The notes under the pieces were generated by a model that searched no databases, was not told where the DNA came from, and saw only the letters and a list, made by a program, of their open reading frames with translations. Both the position numbers and the translations under genes were made by a program. From positions 2,837 through 66,836 of the IMG/VR virus record IMGVR_UViG_3300002219_000010: a stretch of 64,000 bases of DNA; one strand, written 5' to 3'. Of the stretch, positions 1-9,559 are shown one piece after another (the first letter of the stretch is position 1; every line of letters begins with the position of its first letter). The stretch comes from a virus.

Positions 1-94
1 TGGAACCCAGTACGGAACCTGGGCCCCGTCGTCCATCAAAACCAGTAGTATGGCTCGCTTAGTCTGCTTGACCATGTAGTTGCAGTTGGGTTTT

Positions 95-487
95 TTAACC
101 GGAGAAAGGACGAATTTCATACTCGGACAGCTTCTTGTAGTTATCCATCATATCTCCCCATTCCTTCAGCTTTATTTGCCAGAAGTGGTCTATTATGTCT
201 GATAACGGGACGGCCAAAGAATATTCGTTGTTATATTGTCCTTTCTTACCAGGAACTACGAGCTGTTCTGCATTGATGAATCCAAGTTTCCTCAGCGTAC
301 TTATGGCAATGCTGACCTCCGGTTGCCGAATCATCGCGGTAACTTCAATATCCCTAGAAGTTCCTACCTCTTCAACCCTGAAAAAGGCTAAAACTGCGGC
401 TTGCCGTCTTTCAACACCGATGTCCTGGAGGCACGTCATGAAGTCTATGTCATCCTGGTCAAACACTTTTACATTCTTGGTCTTCAT
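95..487 (-). CDS. Winged-helix transcriptional regulator of the methanogen ArsR-like (COG4738-type) family
   Basis: Motif TSRDIE..MIRQPEVSIAI..LRK.GFI resembles methanogen regulators; start moved to ATG 487 after a GAGGTGA SD. Confidence 0.75.
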   Translation of the reverse strand: MKTKNVKVFDQDDIDFMTCLQDIGVERRQAAVLAFFRVEEVGTSRDIEVTAMIRQPEVSIAISTLRKLGFINAEQLVVPGKKGQYNNEYSLAVPLSDIIDHFWQIKLKEWGDMMDNYKKLSEYEIRPFSG

Positions 488-614
488 ATGTTCACCTCGT
501 TGTGATATCATATTACAAATATAGCATAGTATATAAGCATGTTGGTGAATCACCGGTTGTGAAAATGTATTACACGCGCAAACTTAATATACTCCAAAAT
601 ACAACCCATTGGTT

Positions 615-815
615 ATGCGCAACAAATTAGAGAAAACCATATGCGTTCGGTGCGATAGCGCGACGCACCAGATAATACAAGACATAGCGCAGGCAGAAGA
701 CAAAGTAGCCGGTGAAGTAATCCGTAGAATGCTCATCGATGGCATCCGGGCTCATAATAAGAGAGTATCCAGGAGAGTTGGCCGGAGTCAAGCGATAAAC
801 CCCGGCCACAAGTGA
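615..815 (+). CDS. Ribbon-helix-helix (CopG-like) DNA-binding protein
   Basis: TICVRCD beta strand followed by two helices; divergent from the wHTH gene; TATA-like CTTAATATA near 583; lies directly upstream of the replication gene. Confidence 0.6.
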   Translation: MRNKLEKTICVRCDSATHQIIQDIAQAEDKVAGEVIRRMLIDGIRAHNKRVSRRVGRSQAINPGHK

Positions 816-890
816 TCAAGCATGAAGAAGTCACTGATTACTTATAAGCGTTTCGGAGGGATCTGAATAGACCCAGCGTTTGAAAGAGCG

Positions 891-3593
891 TTGAATAAAA
901 TACCTCCGCAGCTACGGAAAGAAGGATTTAGGTTTGTCCCGATTCTAAACGGTACCAAGAAGCCCATAGGTTACAAATGGACGACCGACGCAAATTACGA
1001 TTATAAGCATCCTGTAATGGCCGGATATCTTGCTGAAGGACATAATTACGGCGTTGTCACTGGAATAGGTCATTTAATCGTCTTCGATGTGGACGACCTG
1101 CCAAGATTGGAAGAATTAAATATCATAAATCAGATACCAGAAACTTTTACGGTGGAAACAGGACGCGGAGGAAAGCATTTTTATCTGCTATGCAGGGGTT
1201 TCAAAGATAAAATGGTACTCGAAGACCCTGAGTTGAAGGACCTCGATGGAGATCCCCTGCATTTGGGGGAGATACAGGCGCTTGGTGAGCAGGTCGTTGG
1301 CCCAGGATCGTTACATCCTAATGGTAATTATTATAAAGTGATTGCAGATGTTCCTATTGCTACCGTAGATAAAGACTTTCTACTAGAACTGATCAAGCCA
1401 TTCGTGAAAAAAGAAGATCCACGGACATCCAAGAAATGCAAAACACCGCACGGTGGATCTTCAATCGGCAATCTCATTCCGATAGATCAAGTTGCATGGC
1501 CACTAAGGATCAAAGAAAGGAAAGGCTCCGAGGTGTTCGGGAGTCATCCTAAGCATGATTCTAAACATGGAAAAAACTTTTCAGTCAACACATCAAAAAA
1601 TTGTTGGCATTGTTTTAGGCATAAAAGCGGTGGCGGCCCACTCGAATGGTTGGCAGTTGAAGAGGGGATCATTACCTGCAAAGCGGCGGGGCATGGATGC
1701 CTAAATGGACAGCAACTTGCCCAAGTGATTAACATCGCGAAAGAGCGCGGATTCAATATCCCGGATCGACAAGAACCAGTGGTTGTGAAAAAGATGGACG
1801 ACGACATTGCACCAATTATACCAGAAAACGTCCGAAGATGGTCAGACGACCTACCTTTCGGCATGCCGGGCGTTGATTCTGATCTAAGAACCTATCAAAA
1901 AGTCCTGAAAAAAGGCAAGGAGGACAAACCAGTAAAAGCAATAGTCTGTGATGGATATTGTGTCATAACAGAGGAAACCAGGGACGAAAGTGGAGAGGCG
2001 ACGTTTACCCTTGAAGGAGCTGGCAGCAATGATGGCCATAGGTTTAGATGTACTGTTTCTGGTCGTGATTTTGCAGATAAAAGAAAGCTGCGCGGCATTT
2101 TGATGTCTCATTTCGGCGCGAGAAACAAAATTCGCGATCTCTGCGCTGAGATGATCCAAGACCTGACCATAGATGTTAAAAAACTGATATCAGTAGACGC
2201 GCCAATGTGGGTGAATGACCGGCTTGCGATACCTGGGTTGGATGATGATGGTTTCAAGTTTAATTTGTCGCGCAGGGTCCCTGCAGACCTATCGACCGGA
2301 GATGAACAAATTGGCATGGTTGCACTTGATCTGATCTTCAAAACATGGCCAGCAGACAAGGCAGCAATCCTTGTTACAACCAGTTTGGCATCCCCGGTAT
2401 GCGCCAGATGGTTTTCAGAAGATCGTTTCGGAATAGCTTTAATAGGCACTTCTGGTCGTGGTCTAAAAACCGAGGCCCTAAAACACGCATTGGCCGTCTA
2501 TGGCAATGGGTTTATGCGCGAAAAATCACTACTTCGATGGGGCGAAGGTGCGACTGGAACAGCAATACAACTGATAGCTGCTGCATGTGGTTGCCTGCCA
2601 ACAGGTATCGACAACTACAAAGGGACACAAAAGGACGGTCCGTCCAAATTCGTATCCATTATTCACGTTCTTCTTGAAGGCCGGGAAAGAGAAAGAGCAA
2701 ATCGAAACGCCAGACTCCAAGATAGTAAAGAACACACCACAACATTAATCGTTACAGGAGAGGACTTGCCAGAGGAAGCGTCAACCATGGCCCGACTTAT
2801 TCCAATCGAATGGTCTACAGAACCAAATAAGACTAACCTGACAAAATTGCAGGAAATAAATAAAAATCTCGTAGCCGTTGGCAGGATGTGGTGTAATTAC
2901 ATATCAGGCATTAATATAGATATGGATAGATGGATTGAAGACAGATCAATTCTCGTGTCTTTGGCCAATGAATCGGGATGCATCAATCCTGGGCGTGTCG
3001 GGACGACAATATCCATTCTCAAAATGATATGGGAACTGTTGTTGGAATCTCCCCTTAAAACCGTGATCAAAAAATACAACAAAGATTTTGAAAAAGGTCT
3101 TGCTTCATTGCTTATTGAAACCTCAATGACCACGGAAAATGCAACTGAAGCAGCCCAGTTTGTTGAAACCTTGCGAGAATTGATATCATCCGGCAAGTGT
3201 GTTGTTCTTGATCGACCAGTCCAAAACGAGAATGACCTAAATATCATTGGATGGCGTCTTGGTGAGGGTGATGCTGACATGGGAAAGGTGGCTATATTAC
3301 CCATATTGGCCAGGGATGCAGTCAGACGTGTCTTAGGACCCCAAGCCCAGGTAATCTCTGCTACGTCGTTATATAGGCAGCTCCAAGAAGGAGGCTACAT
3401 AACAGTCAGCAGCGATGGCAAGAGAGTCAAGACGAAGCGTCGCGGAAATAAAACCATCCGTGTGCTAGTGTTTAATGAAGGAATATTGCTTGATGATACC
3501 GTTTATGGCATGGTAGATCTAAACAGACCAATCCTGAAAAATACTGAAAACACCCTTGAGAAAAAGATATATCGGGCGGTCAAGGTCTCTTAG
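891..3593 (+). CDS. Bifunctional primase-polymerase fused to a Zn-binding domain and a DUF927/SF3-like helicase
   Basis: N-terminal prim-pol motifs (KKP, NYGV, VFDVD, TGRGGKHFY, VVGPGSLHP); HPKH...CWHCFRH Zn finger; P-loop-like GTSGRGLKT, GIDN Walker B-like, VTGE and AR motifs; TTG start. Confidence 0.85.
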   Translation: MNKIPPQLRKEGFRFVPILNGTKKPIGYKWTTDANYDYKHPVMAGYLAEGHNYGVVTGIGHLIVFDVDDLPRLEELNIINQIPETFTVETGRGGKHFYLLCRGFKDKMVLEDPELKDLDGDPLHLGEIQALGEQVVGPGSLHPNGNYYKVIADVPIATVDKDFLLELIKPFVKKEDPRTSKKCKTPHGGSSIGNLIPIDQVAWPLRIKERKGSEVFGSHPKHDSKHGKNFSVNTSKNCWHCFRHKSGGGPLEWLAVEEGIITCKAAGHGCLNGQQLAQVINIAKERGFNIPDRQEPVVVKKMDDDIAPIIPENVRRWSDDLPFGMPGVDSDLRTYQKVLKKGKEDKPVKAIVCDGYCVITEETRDESGEATFTLEGAGSNDGHRFRCTVSGRDFADKRKLRGILMSHFGARNKIRDLCAEMIQDLTIDVKKLISVDAPMWVNDRLAIPGLDDDGFKFNLSRRVPADLSTGDEQIGMVALDLIFKTWPADKAAILVTTSLASPVCARWFSEDRFGIALIGTSGRGLKTEALKHALAVYGNGFMREKSLLRWGEGATGTAIQLIAAACGCLPTGIDNYKGTQKDGPSKFVSIIHVLLEGRERERANRNARLQDSKEHTTTLIVTGEDLPEEASTMARLIPIEWSTEPNKTNLTKLQEINKNLVAVGRMWCNYISGINIDMDRWIEDRSILVSLANESGCINPGRVGTTISILKMIWELLLESPLKTVIKKYNKDFEKGLASLLIETSMTTENATEAAQFVETLRELISSGKCVVLDRPVQNENDLNIIGWRLGEGDADMGKVAILPILARDAVRRVLGPQAQVISATSLYRQLQEGGYITVSSDGKRVKTKRRGNKTIRVLVFNEGILLDDTVYGMVDLNRPILKNTENTLEKKIYRAVKVS

Positions 3594-3720
3594 ATACAAG
3601 CCTTGCCGTTATTTCTTTTCACTTTTTTGTACTCTACTGGTTTCCTGTATCCGATTGCATTTTCACTATCTACACATGGTTTAGTAGTCCACTGTTATTT
3701 TTATTCTACATGTAATAATG

Positions 3721-4035
3721 CGTAACGGAGTAACAGAGATGTAACCAAGAAAAACGACATATAGAGAGATACTGTTACACCTGTTACACGTGTTACACTT
3801 AATTACATATATATATTATATGTAACTTAACTTTCTAGTTAGTATCTCTCATAGTCTCTCAAAGACAACCTAATATCAAGAAGAATATATAATATAGTTA
3901 TTATATACCTACTATAATCTATCATGATTCTACACGACTTTTCTCTCTATACATCTCTACATTTACCAGGGGAAACACGGGTAACGAGTGTAACGTATTC
4001 AACGCTAATCGATTTTATGTTACATGTTGTTACAC
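3721..4035. repeat. Inverted iteron arrays (GTAAC/GTTAC) around an AT-rich core; putative replication origin
   Basis: GTAAC at 3722, 3730, 3741, 3822, 3981, 3990; GTTAC at 3774, 3783, 3792, 4019, 4029; immediately downstream of the primase-helicase gene. Confidence 0.7.
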
Positions 4036-4116
4036 AAAATGCCCTTTTTTCCCTTTGTATCAAAAAGATACCTCAAAACAGTTTATAACGATTCATCACA
4101 AAATGCATCACCTATC

Positions 4117-4130
4117 AAAAACTTTAAATA
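4117..4130 (+). promoter_or_regulatory. Archaeal BRE/TATA promoter
   Basis: AAAAAC-TTTAAATA; similar elements at ~4245, ~4531, ~6298, ~35290, ~38077, ~56073. Confidence 0.55.
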
Positions 4131-4279
4131 TCTTAAACCCCAAGTATATCCTTGTCCAAGGCGGATATGGTGTACTACCACCATTGCAATGCGGGGGTTG
4201 GGTTATGGTTCGCCCAGCTCCCTTTCTCACCTCCTTCTAACCTCAAAACTTAAATACGTTGATCTCTTCTTAAGTCCTC

Positions 4280-4528
4280 ATGAAAGCCACAATAATTTCC
4301 AACCCTGATGACATCCCCAGCATCAAAACAGAAGCCGTGATAGTGTCATTTCGTCCCAGTTTCGATGACATACTGGCCATTGCCGGTAAGAAAGTCAAAC
4401 TCATCCAAATCAACCAAGCAACCAACAACAGCTTGAGCAAAAACTCGCGTGCTCTCATAGCCAGCCACGGCATCAAATTGCAGATAGGCAACATCCAGGG
4501 CCTGAAGAAAGAAACCCTCAACATCTAA
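4280..4528 (+). CDS. DUF1699 family protein
   Basis: MK..IIS....I......V..SFRPS..DI...GI.L..G...G.KK pattern typical of methanogen DUF1699. Confidence 0.7.
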   Translation: MKATIISNPDDIPSIKTEAVIVSFRPSFDDILAIAGKKVKLIQINQATNNSLSKNSRALIASHGIKLQIGNIQGLKKETLNI

Positions 4529-4567
4529 CCAAAAACTTTATCACCTTCTAAATCCAATCTCCTAACC

Positions 4568-4978
4568 ATGGTAGAAATCGTCAAGGATAACACAGATGTT
4601 AACAAAGTACGTCGCCGATTAGTTGACATCAAACTTGCATTTAAGGAAAGCATGGACCGTGAAGTATCCAGGATTTTCGAAGAGATTGAAGATCTTGACA
4701 CCGAGATCCGGGAAGGCATGTCCAATCGTGTCGGCAGTGGATTCCAGGCCAACGAAGCCAAAAAATATGCCTATCGTCTGGTAAAACCCATACTCCGTGA
4801 CACAATTCAAGACCTCGATGGCATAAAGCAGGACCTAACCGCCGACATAGCCACCCTCGTAGGAGAAGACTTTGTTGAAGATCAGACCTGCGCAATGTCC
4901 GGCATAATCGGCAACGCCACCGCCAAGAACTTCGAGCAATCCGAACTCGACATCAAAGTCCTTAATCCACCGGAGTGA
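4568..4978 (+). CDS. Hypothetical coiled-coil protein
   Basis: 136-aa ORF with its own TATA-like element at ~4535; helical heptads. Confidence 0.6.
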   Translation: MVEIVKDNTDVNKVRRRLVDIKLAFKESMDREVSRIFEEIEDLDTEIREGMSNRVGSGFQANEAKKYAYRLVKPILRDTIQDLDGIKQDLTADIATLVGEDFVEDQTCAMSGIIGNATAKNFEQSELDIKVLNPPE

Positions 4979-4984
4979 TAGGGC

Positions 4985-5560
4985 ATGGCCCGACGCACTC
5001 CTTTTCATGCTTTTCTTACCAAAATAGCTTCCGAGGGCAAATCCGTCTCGAACGAAGCCAATACTTCGAGAACTCTAGCCACCGCCTCAAAAACCCCAGC
5101 ATCCTCTCGTTCATCTATTCCAACTTCTTACCTCAAAATATCCCCAACAGGAGGCATTGTTGCACCCGAGAAAAAACTCATTACGTCCGAAGTCTCATCC
5201 GGAAAACATGACATATCCCCGACCGGCGGCATATCTGCATCATCAATATCTTCTACCCCTACAACATTTCAAAAAGCCGTCTCAACCCCAACCATTGCTA
5301 TCCAAAAACCAGAAACAGTCGTCCTCGGTGGAATATCCATATCCCCTGCTTCAGGCGTTACAACATCCATAAAGAGGACAGTTGCCGTCCACGAAGAACA
5401 ACCTGTAACCCGTACCCCAGTAGCCATAACCGAAAAGAAACCGATAACATTAGCAACTGTAAAATCCGTTTCATCTATCCCGGCATCCGAAATACCCTCT
5501 GCATCACCAACAGGCGAGTCACCGGGCTACATCTTCAGAGGCATCCCGATAAAAATGTAA
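4985..5560 (+). CDS. Ser/Thr/Pro-rich low-complexity protein
   Basis: Repeated ISPTGGI-like motif; follows the previous ORF in an operon-like arrangement. Confidence 0.55.
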   Translation: MARRTPFHAFLTKIASEGKSVSNEANTSRTLATASKTPASSRSSIPTSYLKISPTGGIVAPEKKLITSEVSSGKHDISPTGGISASSISSTPTTFQKAVSTPTIAIQKPETVVLGGISISPASGVTTSIKRTVAVHEEQPVTRTPVAITEKKPITLATVKSVSSIPASEIPSASPTGESPGYIFRGIPIKM

Positions 5561-6250
5561 CTAGAGGGCAAACACCTCTTCATCATCTATTTTTCTACCC
5601 CTACTCCTATACCTTGTTTCTGCATCACAAATCCTCAAATACAGCTGCTCCGTAGCCAACACATCCCCGATATTGTGCTTGCGGATCTCGTCCATCTTTC
5701 CTTCAGCAAACCATTTGGGAACATCCCTACCACTTCCATATAACAGCTCTTTGAACCCGAGCATTGCCGCAAACATCTCCAAAGTAGCAGATTGCTGCTT
5801 GTTCCACTTTCCCTCCACCAGTACATCATAAACATCATACAATCTTTTATCATATTTTCCAACCGGCAATATATTAATGAAAGGAATATCATTAACCATA
5901 CCCCTCATCTTCAAATGAATCAAATCAAAATCCTTGATATTGAAGCCAATCCACTTTGACGGCCTAATCTCATTCAAATACTCATAGGCCTCCTCCAGGA
6001 CCTTGACCTCATCCCTTTCGCAGAAACATGCCACGTCCATATCCACAGGCTTAGCCGTGATGCAAATAGTCTGCGAGGTATGCCATCTAAGGGCAGCCTG
6101 CTCATCACATTCTGCACAATAATCCTTTTTCTGCTTAGGATGATCTGCTGGATTATGATCGCACCGTGCGCACTTCACATCTTTATACGTTTTAATCTGC
6201 TGCGCAGTGCCCGGTATTGTCTCGATGTCAATAACAACTGGGTCTTGCAT
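5561..6250 (-). CDS. Stand-alone DEDD 3'-5' exonuclease (PolB-exo/RNase H-like) with an inserted Zn finger
   Basis: ExoI DIET, ExoII GFNIKDFD, ExoIII HNIGDV; CARC...CAEC insertion; start ATG 6250. Confidence 0.8.
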   Translation of the reverse strand: MQDPVVIDIETIPGTAQQIKTYKDVKCARCDHNPADHPKQKKDYCAECDEQAALRWHTSQTICITAKPVDMDVACFCERDEVKVLEEAYEYLNEIRPSKWIGFNIKDFDLIHLKMRGMVNDIPFINILPVGKYDKRLYDVYDVLVEGKWNKQQSATLEMFAAMLGFKELLYGSGRDVPKWFAEGKMDEIRKHNIGDVLATEQLYLRICDAETRYRSRGRKIDDEEVFAL

Positions 6251-6332
6251 AAAGTCTTCTCTATGTCCCTCCTGTATAACTCTTTTGCATCCTATGAAAA
6301 GCCTTAAATATGTGTCCCACTTACCATCTTCT

Positions 6333-6479
6333 ATGCCATTGAGTGCTAAAGTGAAGAACCGGTTAGAAATCACGTTCTTCAAAGGAGAGGTAATACCACC
6401 AACCGTAACCTCATATCTGATTACGACTGGCCGCCTATCTCCGGAGGATGTAGAACTGGGGGAAGAGGATTGCAGGTGA
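6333..6479 (+). CDS. Small hypothetical protein (48 aa)
   Basis: ATG just after the TATA at ~6305; stop overlaps the GTG start of the next gene (GTGA). Confidence 0.45.
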   Translation: MPLSAKVKNRLEITFFKGEVIPPTVTSYLITTGRLSPEDVELGEEDCR

Positions 6480-7108
6480 ACTATGCCGGTCGTCATGAAC
6501 TGTCCACTATCGACTGGCCGGGGCACGCTTCCTACGTAGTCTTTCTCAGAGGTTGTCCCATGTCCTGCCCTCACTGTCATAACGAAAAAATACGCACCGG
6601 CGAACGTCTTGTAGATTTCAACGGCATAGCCCAAGAAATCCTAGCCGCCCGACGTTACATATCGGCCCTGGTCATCTCTGGCGGCGAACCTGTCATGCAA
6701 CCCGAGGTATGTCTCGAATTGCTGATTTGGGGTCATGCACTGGGTCTCAAAGTCGGGCTTGAAACCTCAGGTTGCCGACCCATTCCGGAAGGTTTCGACA
6801 GAGTCTTCCTCGACATCAAAACATCCCTGGAAAGCTGGCTATATAACTCCTACACAGGAGATAACAAGGCATTCGACAATGTAGTCCAGAACCTCGAAAG
6901 ACTCGATCCCAACGTTACTGAGATACGCTATGTAGTCCACGAATCAGACCCTCCCATAATCGACCCATTTTCACCCATAATCGACATGGGCTTTTCCATT
7001 AGACTGCTCAGAGGAGACCACACAAGTCAAGACTATTTCACCAATTTCCAGAACTCGGTCATATCCGATCTAAACCTAAAACTCGAAAAAGGAGTATTGA
7101 AGAAATGA
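6476..7108 (+). CDS. nrdG: Radical SAM anaerobic ribonucleotide reductase activating enzyme (NrdG-like)
   Basis: STIDWPG, VFLRGCPMSCPHCHN (CxxxCxxC), SGGEP, LETSG, LDIK. Confidence 0.8.
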   Translation: MNYAGRHELSTIDWPGHASYVVFLRGCPMSCPHCHNEKIRTGERLVDFNGIAQEILAARRYISALVISGGEPVMQPEVCLELLIWGHALGLKVGLETSGCRPIPEGFDRVFLDIKTSLESWLYNSYTGDNKAFDNVVQNLERLDPNVTEIRYVVHESDPPIIDPFSPIIDMGFSIRLLRGDHTSQDYFTNFQNSVISDLNLKLEKGVLKK

Positions 7109-7377
7109 AATACAAATACATCGCATGGCGTGCATTTCGAGATGTTAGAATTATCGACATCATATCAGAAACAGATCACTATGTTACGGATAGCAATGGA
7201 CGAAAATATAAAAAGATTTCCGACGACAGATCTATATTCGACACATTCGAGGAAGCAAAGCAGTGGTTGCTGGACAAGGAAGAGGCAGACTTACGGAAAG
7301 CCACCGAGACCATTTCAAGTATAAAGGAACACATCAAACGCATTGAAGCACAGGACAAAACATCCGGAAAGTGGTAA
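7105..7377 (+). CDS. Hypothetical phage-like protein
   Basis: ATGA overlap with the previous gene; FDTFEEAK motif followed by a coiled coil. Confidence 0.6.
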   Translation: MKYKYIAWRAFRDVRIIDIISETDHYVTDSNGRKYKKISDDRSIFDTFEEAKQWLLDKEEADLRKATETISSIKEHIKRIEAQDKTSGKW

Positions 7378-7483
7378 AAAATATGACCAGTTATCTAGTT
7401 AAATACGTAATCAAAACCACTGCCATCGAGAAAAGCATCATCATTGCCGAGTTTAACCGGATAAAAAATGGAGGAGATTAAAC

Positions 7484-7738
7484 ATGTCAGAAGATATCGA
7501 TTACAGGCTTTACAAGAAGATAAACGAAAAACCGGGATCAAGTATCCGTGAACTGGCAAACGAGATGAAGTGGCCAACAGTTGAGGTATTCAAATCGGTT
7601 TGTCGCTTGGAAAAGGATGGTTGGATCAAGTCCGAAAGAGACGGCAATCTTGTCAGAATAACACCTACCAAATGGCATGAGTTCCTGACACCTGAAGAGA
7701 TCGAAGAGTTCAAGAACTATTTCGGTGATATAAAATGA
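7484..7738 (+). CDS. Winged-helix (MarR-like) DNA-binding protein
   Basis: PGSSIRELANEMKW....V..SV.RLEKDGWI; GGAGG SD. Confidence 0.75.
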   Translation: MSEDIDYRLYKKINEKPGSSIRELANEMKWPTVEVFKSVCRLEKDGWIKSERDGNLVRITPTKWHEFLTPEEIEEFKNYFGDIK

Positions 7739-7858
7739 CCGAATTTGAGTTATCCTTCAAAGAGGTTCAAGCTATCAGTTTCGAGGTCATTCGCACAGTT
7801 TGTCTCGATGGCCTCGAACCAATCAATCGCAAGGACCTAATTCACAGGTGATTAAAAT

Positions 7859-8551
7859 ATGCCAGGAGATTTGGTAGTTGCCGATATACTGGCCAACGGA
7901 ACCCCGGAGCTGTATTTTGATCCAAGAGTATGCACTGCCGATAGAATAGTCCAATATTTGAGAGGACTTGTTGATCAGTTGTACATGCTATATTACGACG
8001 GATACATAAGCCATTTCTTCTGGGAGGGGTGCCATGAGAGATCCCTGTATTGCAGAGTACCTTTCTTGTTGCCTTGTCCGCCAGAAGCTTTTGTAGAGTA
8101 TTGCAAACTGGTTGATGCGTTCATAAAATACCTCAACGACAATCTTGCGATGGCTATCCGATGTGAGATAGCTCTCGGAGTTTTGGCTAAACATTATCGA
8201 CTGACATATGAGGTCACGACGATCTCGAAAAAGACGGTTGATGTCTTTGCCAATAACGAGTTCGAAGCTAAGTACAATTCGCTTGACGAGATTTATTCAG
8301 ATCCCGACGTGGCCGACTATGATTTGATTGGCATTGACACGGTCGAAGAGGAATTCGGGAGGCGGTGCGACTCCTGTGCGTGCGATCACAGATGCGAGGA
8401 GATTGAACAGGCCGCCGCATGGCTCCGAGATCATGAGCAAGACATTGCTGGAAAACTCTTTGAAAACGTTGAGCCAATGTACATAAGAGGGCATCCCGGT
8501 CATTTTCAACCGTTTATGATGGCCTGGTGCGCTATGAATGGAGGGATTTGA
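7859..8551 (+). CDS. Hypothetical protein, Cys-rich C-terminus
   Basis: 230-aa ORF after AGGTGA SD. Confidence 0.6.
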   Translation: MPGDLVVADILANGTPELYFDPRVCTADRIVQYLRGLVDQLYMLYYDGYISHFFWEGCHERSLYCRVPFLLPCPPEAFVEYCKLVDAFIKYLNDNLAMAIRCEIALGVLAKHYRLTYEVTTISKKTVDVFANNEFEAKYNSLDEIYSDPDVADYDLIGIDTVEEEFGRRCDSCACDHRCEEIEQAAAWLRDHEQDIAGKLFENVEPMYIRGHPGHFQPFMMAWCAMNGGI

Positions 8552-8952
8552 TGAATAACTACTGGTCTATGGGCCTTCCTTCGGGCAAGGTTCCTGAATT
8601 TGATTTTCCGATGCTGAAGTTGAGTATGACTAATCTACAGAGCAGTACTGGGGGACAAATTCCCGGCAACTCCTCACTAGCACAGGACTACAGCGAGAAT
8701 AGGGAATTGCCGAGTTATATGGAGCACCTTGTGGGCAAGATTGAGGTATGCACGCGGCCTAAAACTCATCTTGTCGGCGGTCAAGAACGCAGAGTACGTG
8801 GTAGTGGAACCTGGATCATAAACATGGTCGTTTGCGGTCGAGACAGGGTTCGCAAGGGATTTTCCGAGCCCATGGTGAGTCCGTTCATGCAGGACTTCTT
8901 TGCCATTAAGGAACCTAAATACGACGATGAGGAGATGACTTTTAAACTATGA
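8551..8952 (+). CDS. Hypothetical protein
   Basis: Translationally coupled ORF with GGAGG SD. Confidence 0.55.
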   Translation: MNNYWSMGLPSGKVPEFDFPMLKLSMTNLQSSTGGQIPGNSSLAQDYSENRELPSYMEHLVGKIEVCTRPKTHLVGGQERRVRGSGTWIINMVVCGRDRVRKGFSEPMVSPFMQDFFAIKEPKYDDEEMTFKL

Positions 8953-9113
8953 GTGCGTCGGGCATGGTCATGTGCATATGCTGTGAAACTATGAAATCGG
9001 CAATTCATGCGTTGGTTGTTAGAAGCCGCAACGGTAGGTTGTGGATTGGTCGAGACATGGCTTATTATGAGTTGACGTATTGCCCGTTTTGTGGAAAGGA
9101 GGTTGGGGTATGA
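8949..9113 (+). CDS. Small Zn-finger protein (54 aa, not in the ORF track)
   Basis: CICC...YCPFCG; ATGA overlaps with both neighbours. Confidence 0.6.
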   Translation: MSASGMVMCICCETMKSAIHALVVRSRNGRLWIGRDMAYYELTYCPFCGKEVGV

Positions 9114-9559
9114 ATTGGAAAGAGCGCGCTATTAGGCAGATCTTTTTCGAGTGTAAGAGATGTGGGACATGTTGCCAGGAACCGAAAATTGTTGACATAT
9201 ATCCCAGGGATGCGCTTAGAATTGCAAGAAGGTTTAGGATTTCGATGAGACTGGCGGCTAAACGTCATTTTATGAGGCATCCAAAGGATGATGAGAGGTT
9301 GACGTTGCGGAATGTGGCCCCATGCGAGTTTTATCAAAATGGATGTCGGATATATCGGAGTAGACCTTTGATTTGTAGGATGTATCCTTATTTGGCTGGG
9401 CCGACGATTTATTGTGAGACACCAACGGGTGAATTGCCTGAAATGGATGACCAGGACGTGATTATTAAGTTGGCAAAGGTGACTAACCTGCGCATACTTG
9501 AGATTGAGGATTATCTGAGGTATATTGGGGCATGGAAGGATGGGAGGTTCACGTCGTGA
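9110..9559 (+). CDS. YkgJ-family CxxCxxCC Fe-S/Zn cluster protein
   Basis: FECKRCGTCC...PCEFY..GCRIY..RPLICRMYP. Confidence 0.85.
   Translation: MNWKERAIRQIFFECKRCGTCCQEPKIVDIYPRDALRIARRFRISMRLAAKRHFMRHPKDDERLTLRNVAPCEFYQNGCRIYRSRPLICRMYPYLAGPTIYCETPTGELPEMDDQDVIIKLAKVTNLRILEIEDYLRYIGAWKDGRFTS

Noticed and set aside
6251..6634. N-terminal 128 aa of the 357-aa minus-strand ORF
   Set aside because: Overlaps the divergent promoter and nrdG; the exonuclease motif begins just after ATG 6250
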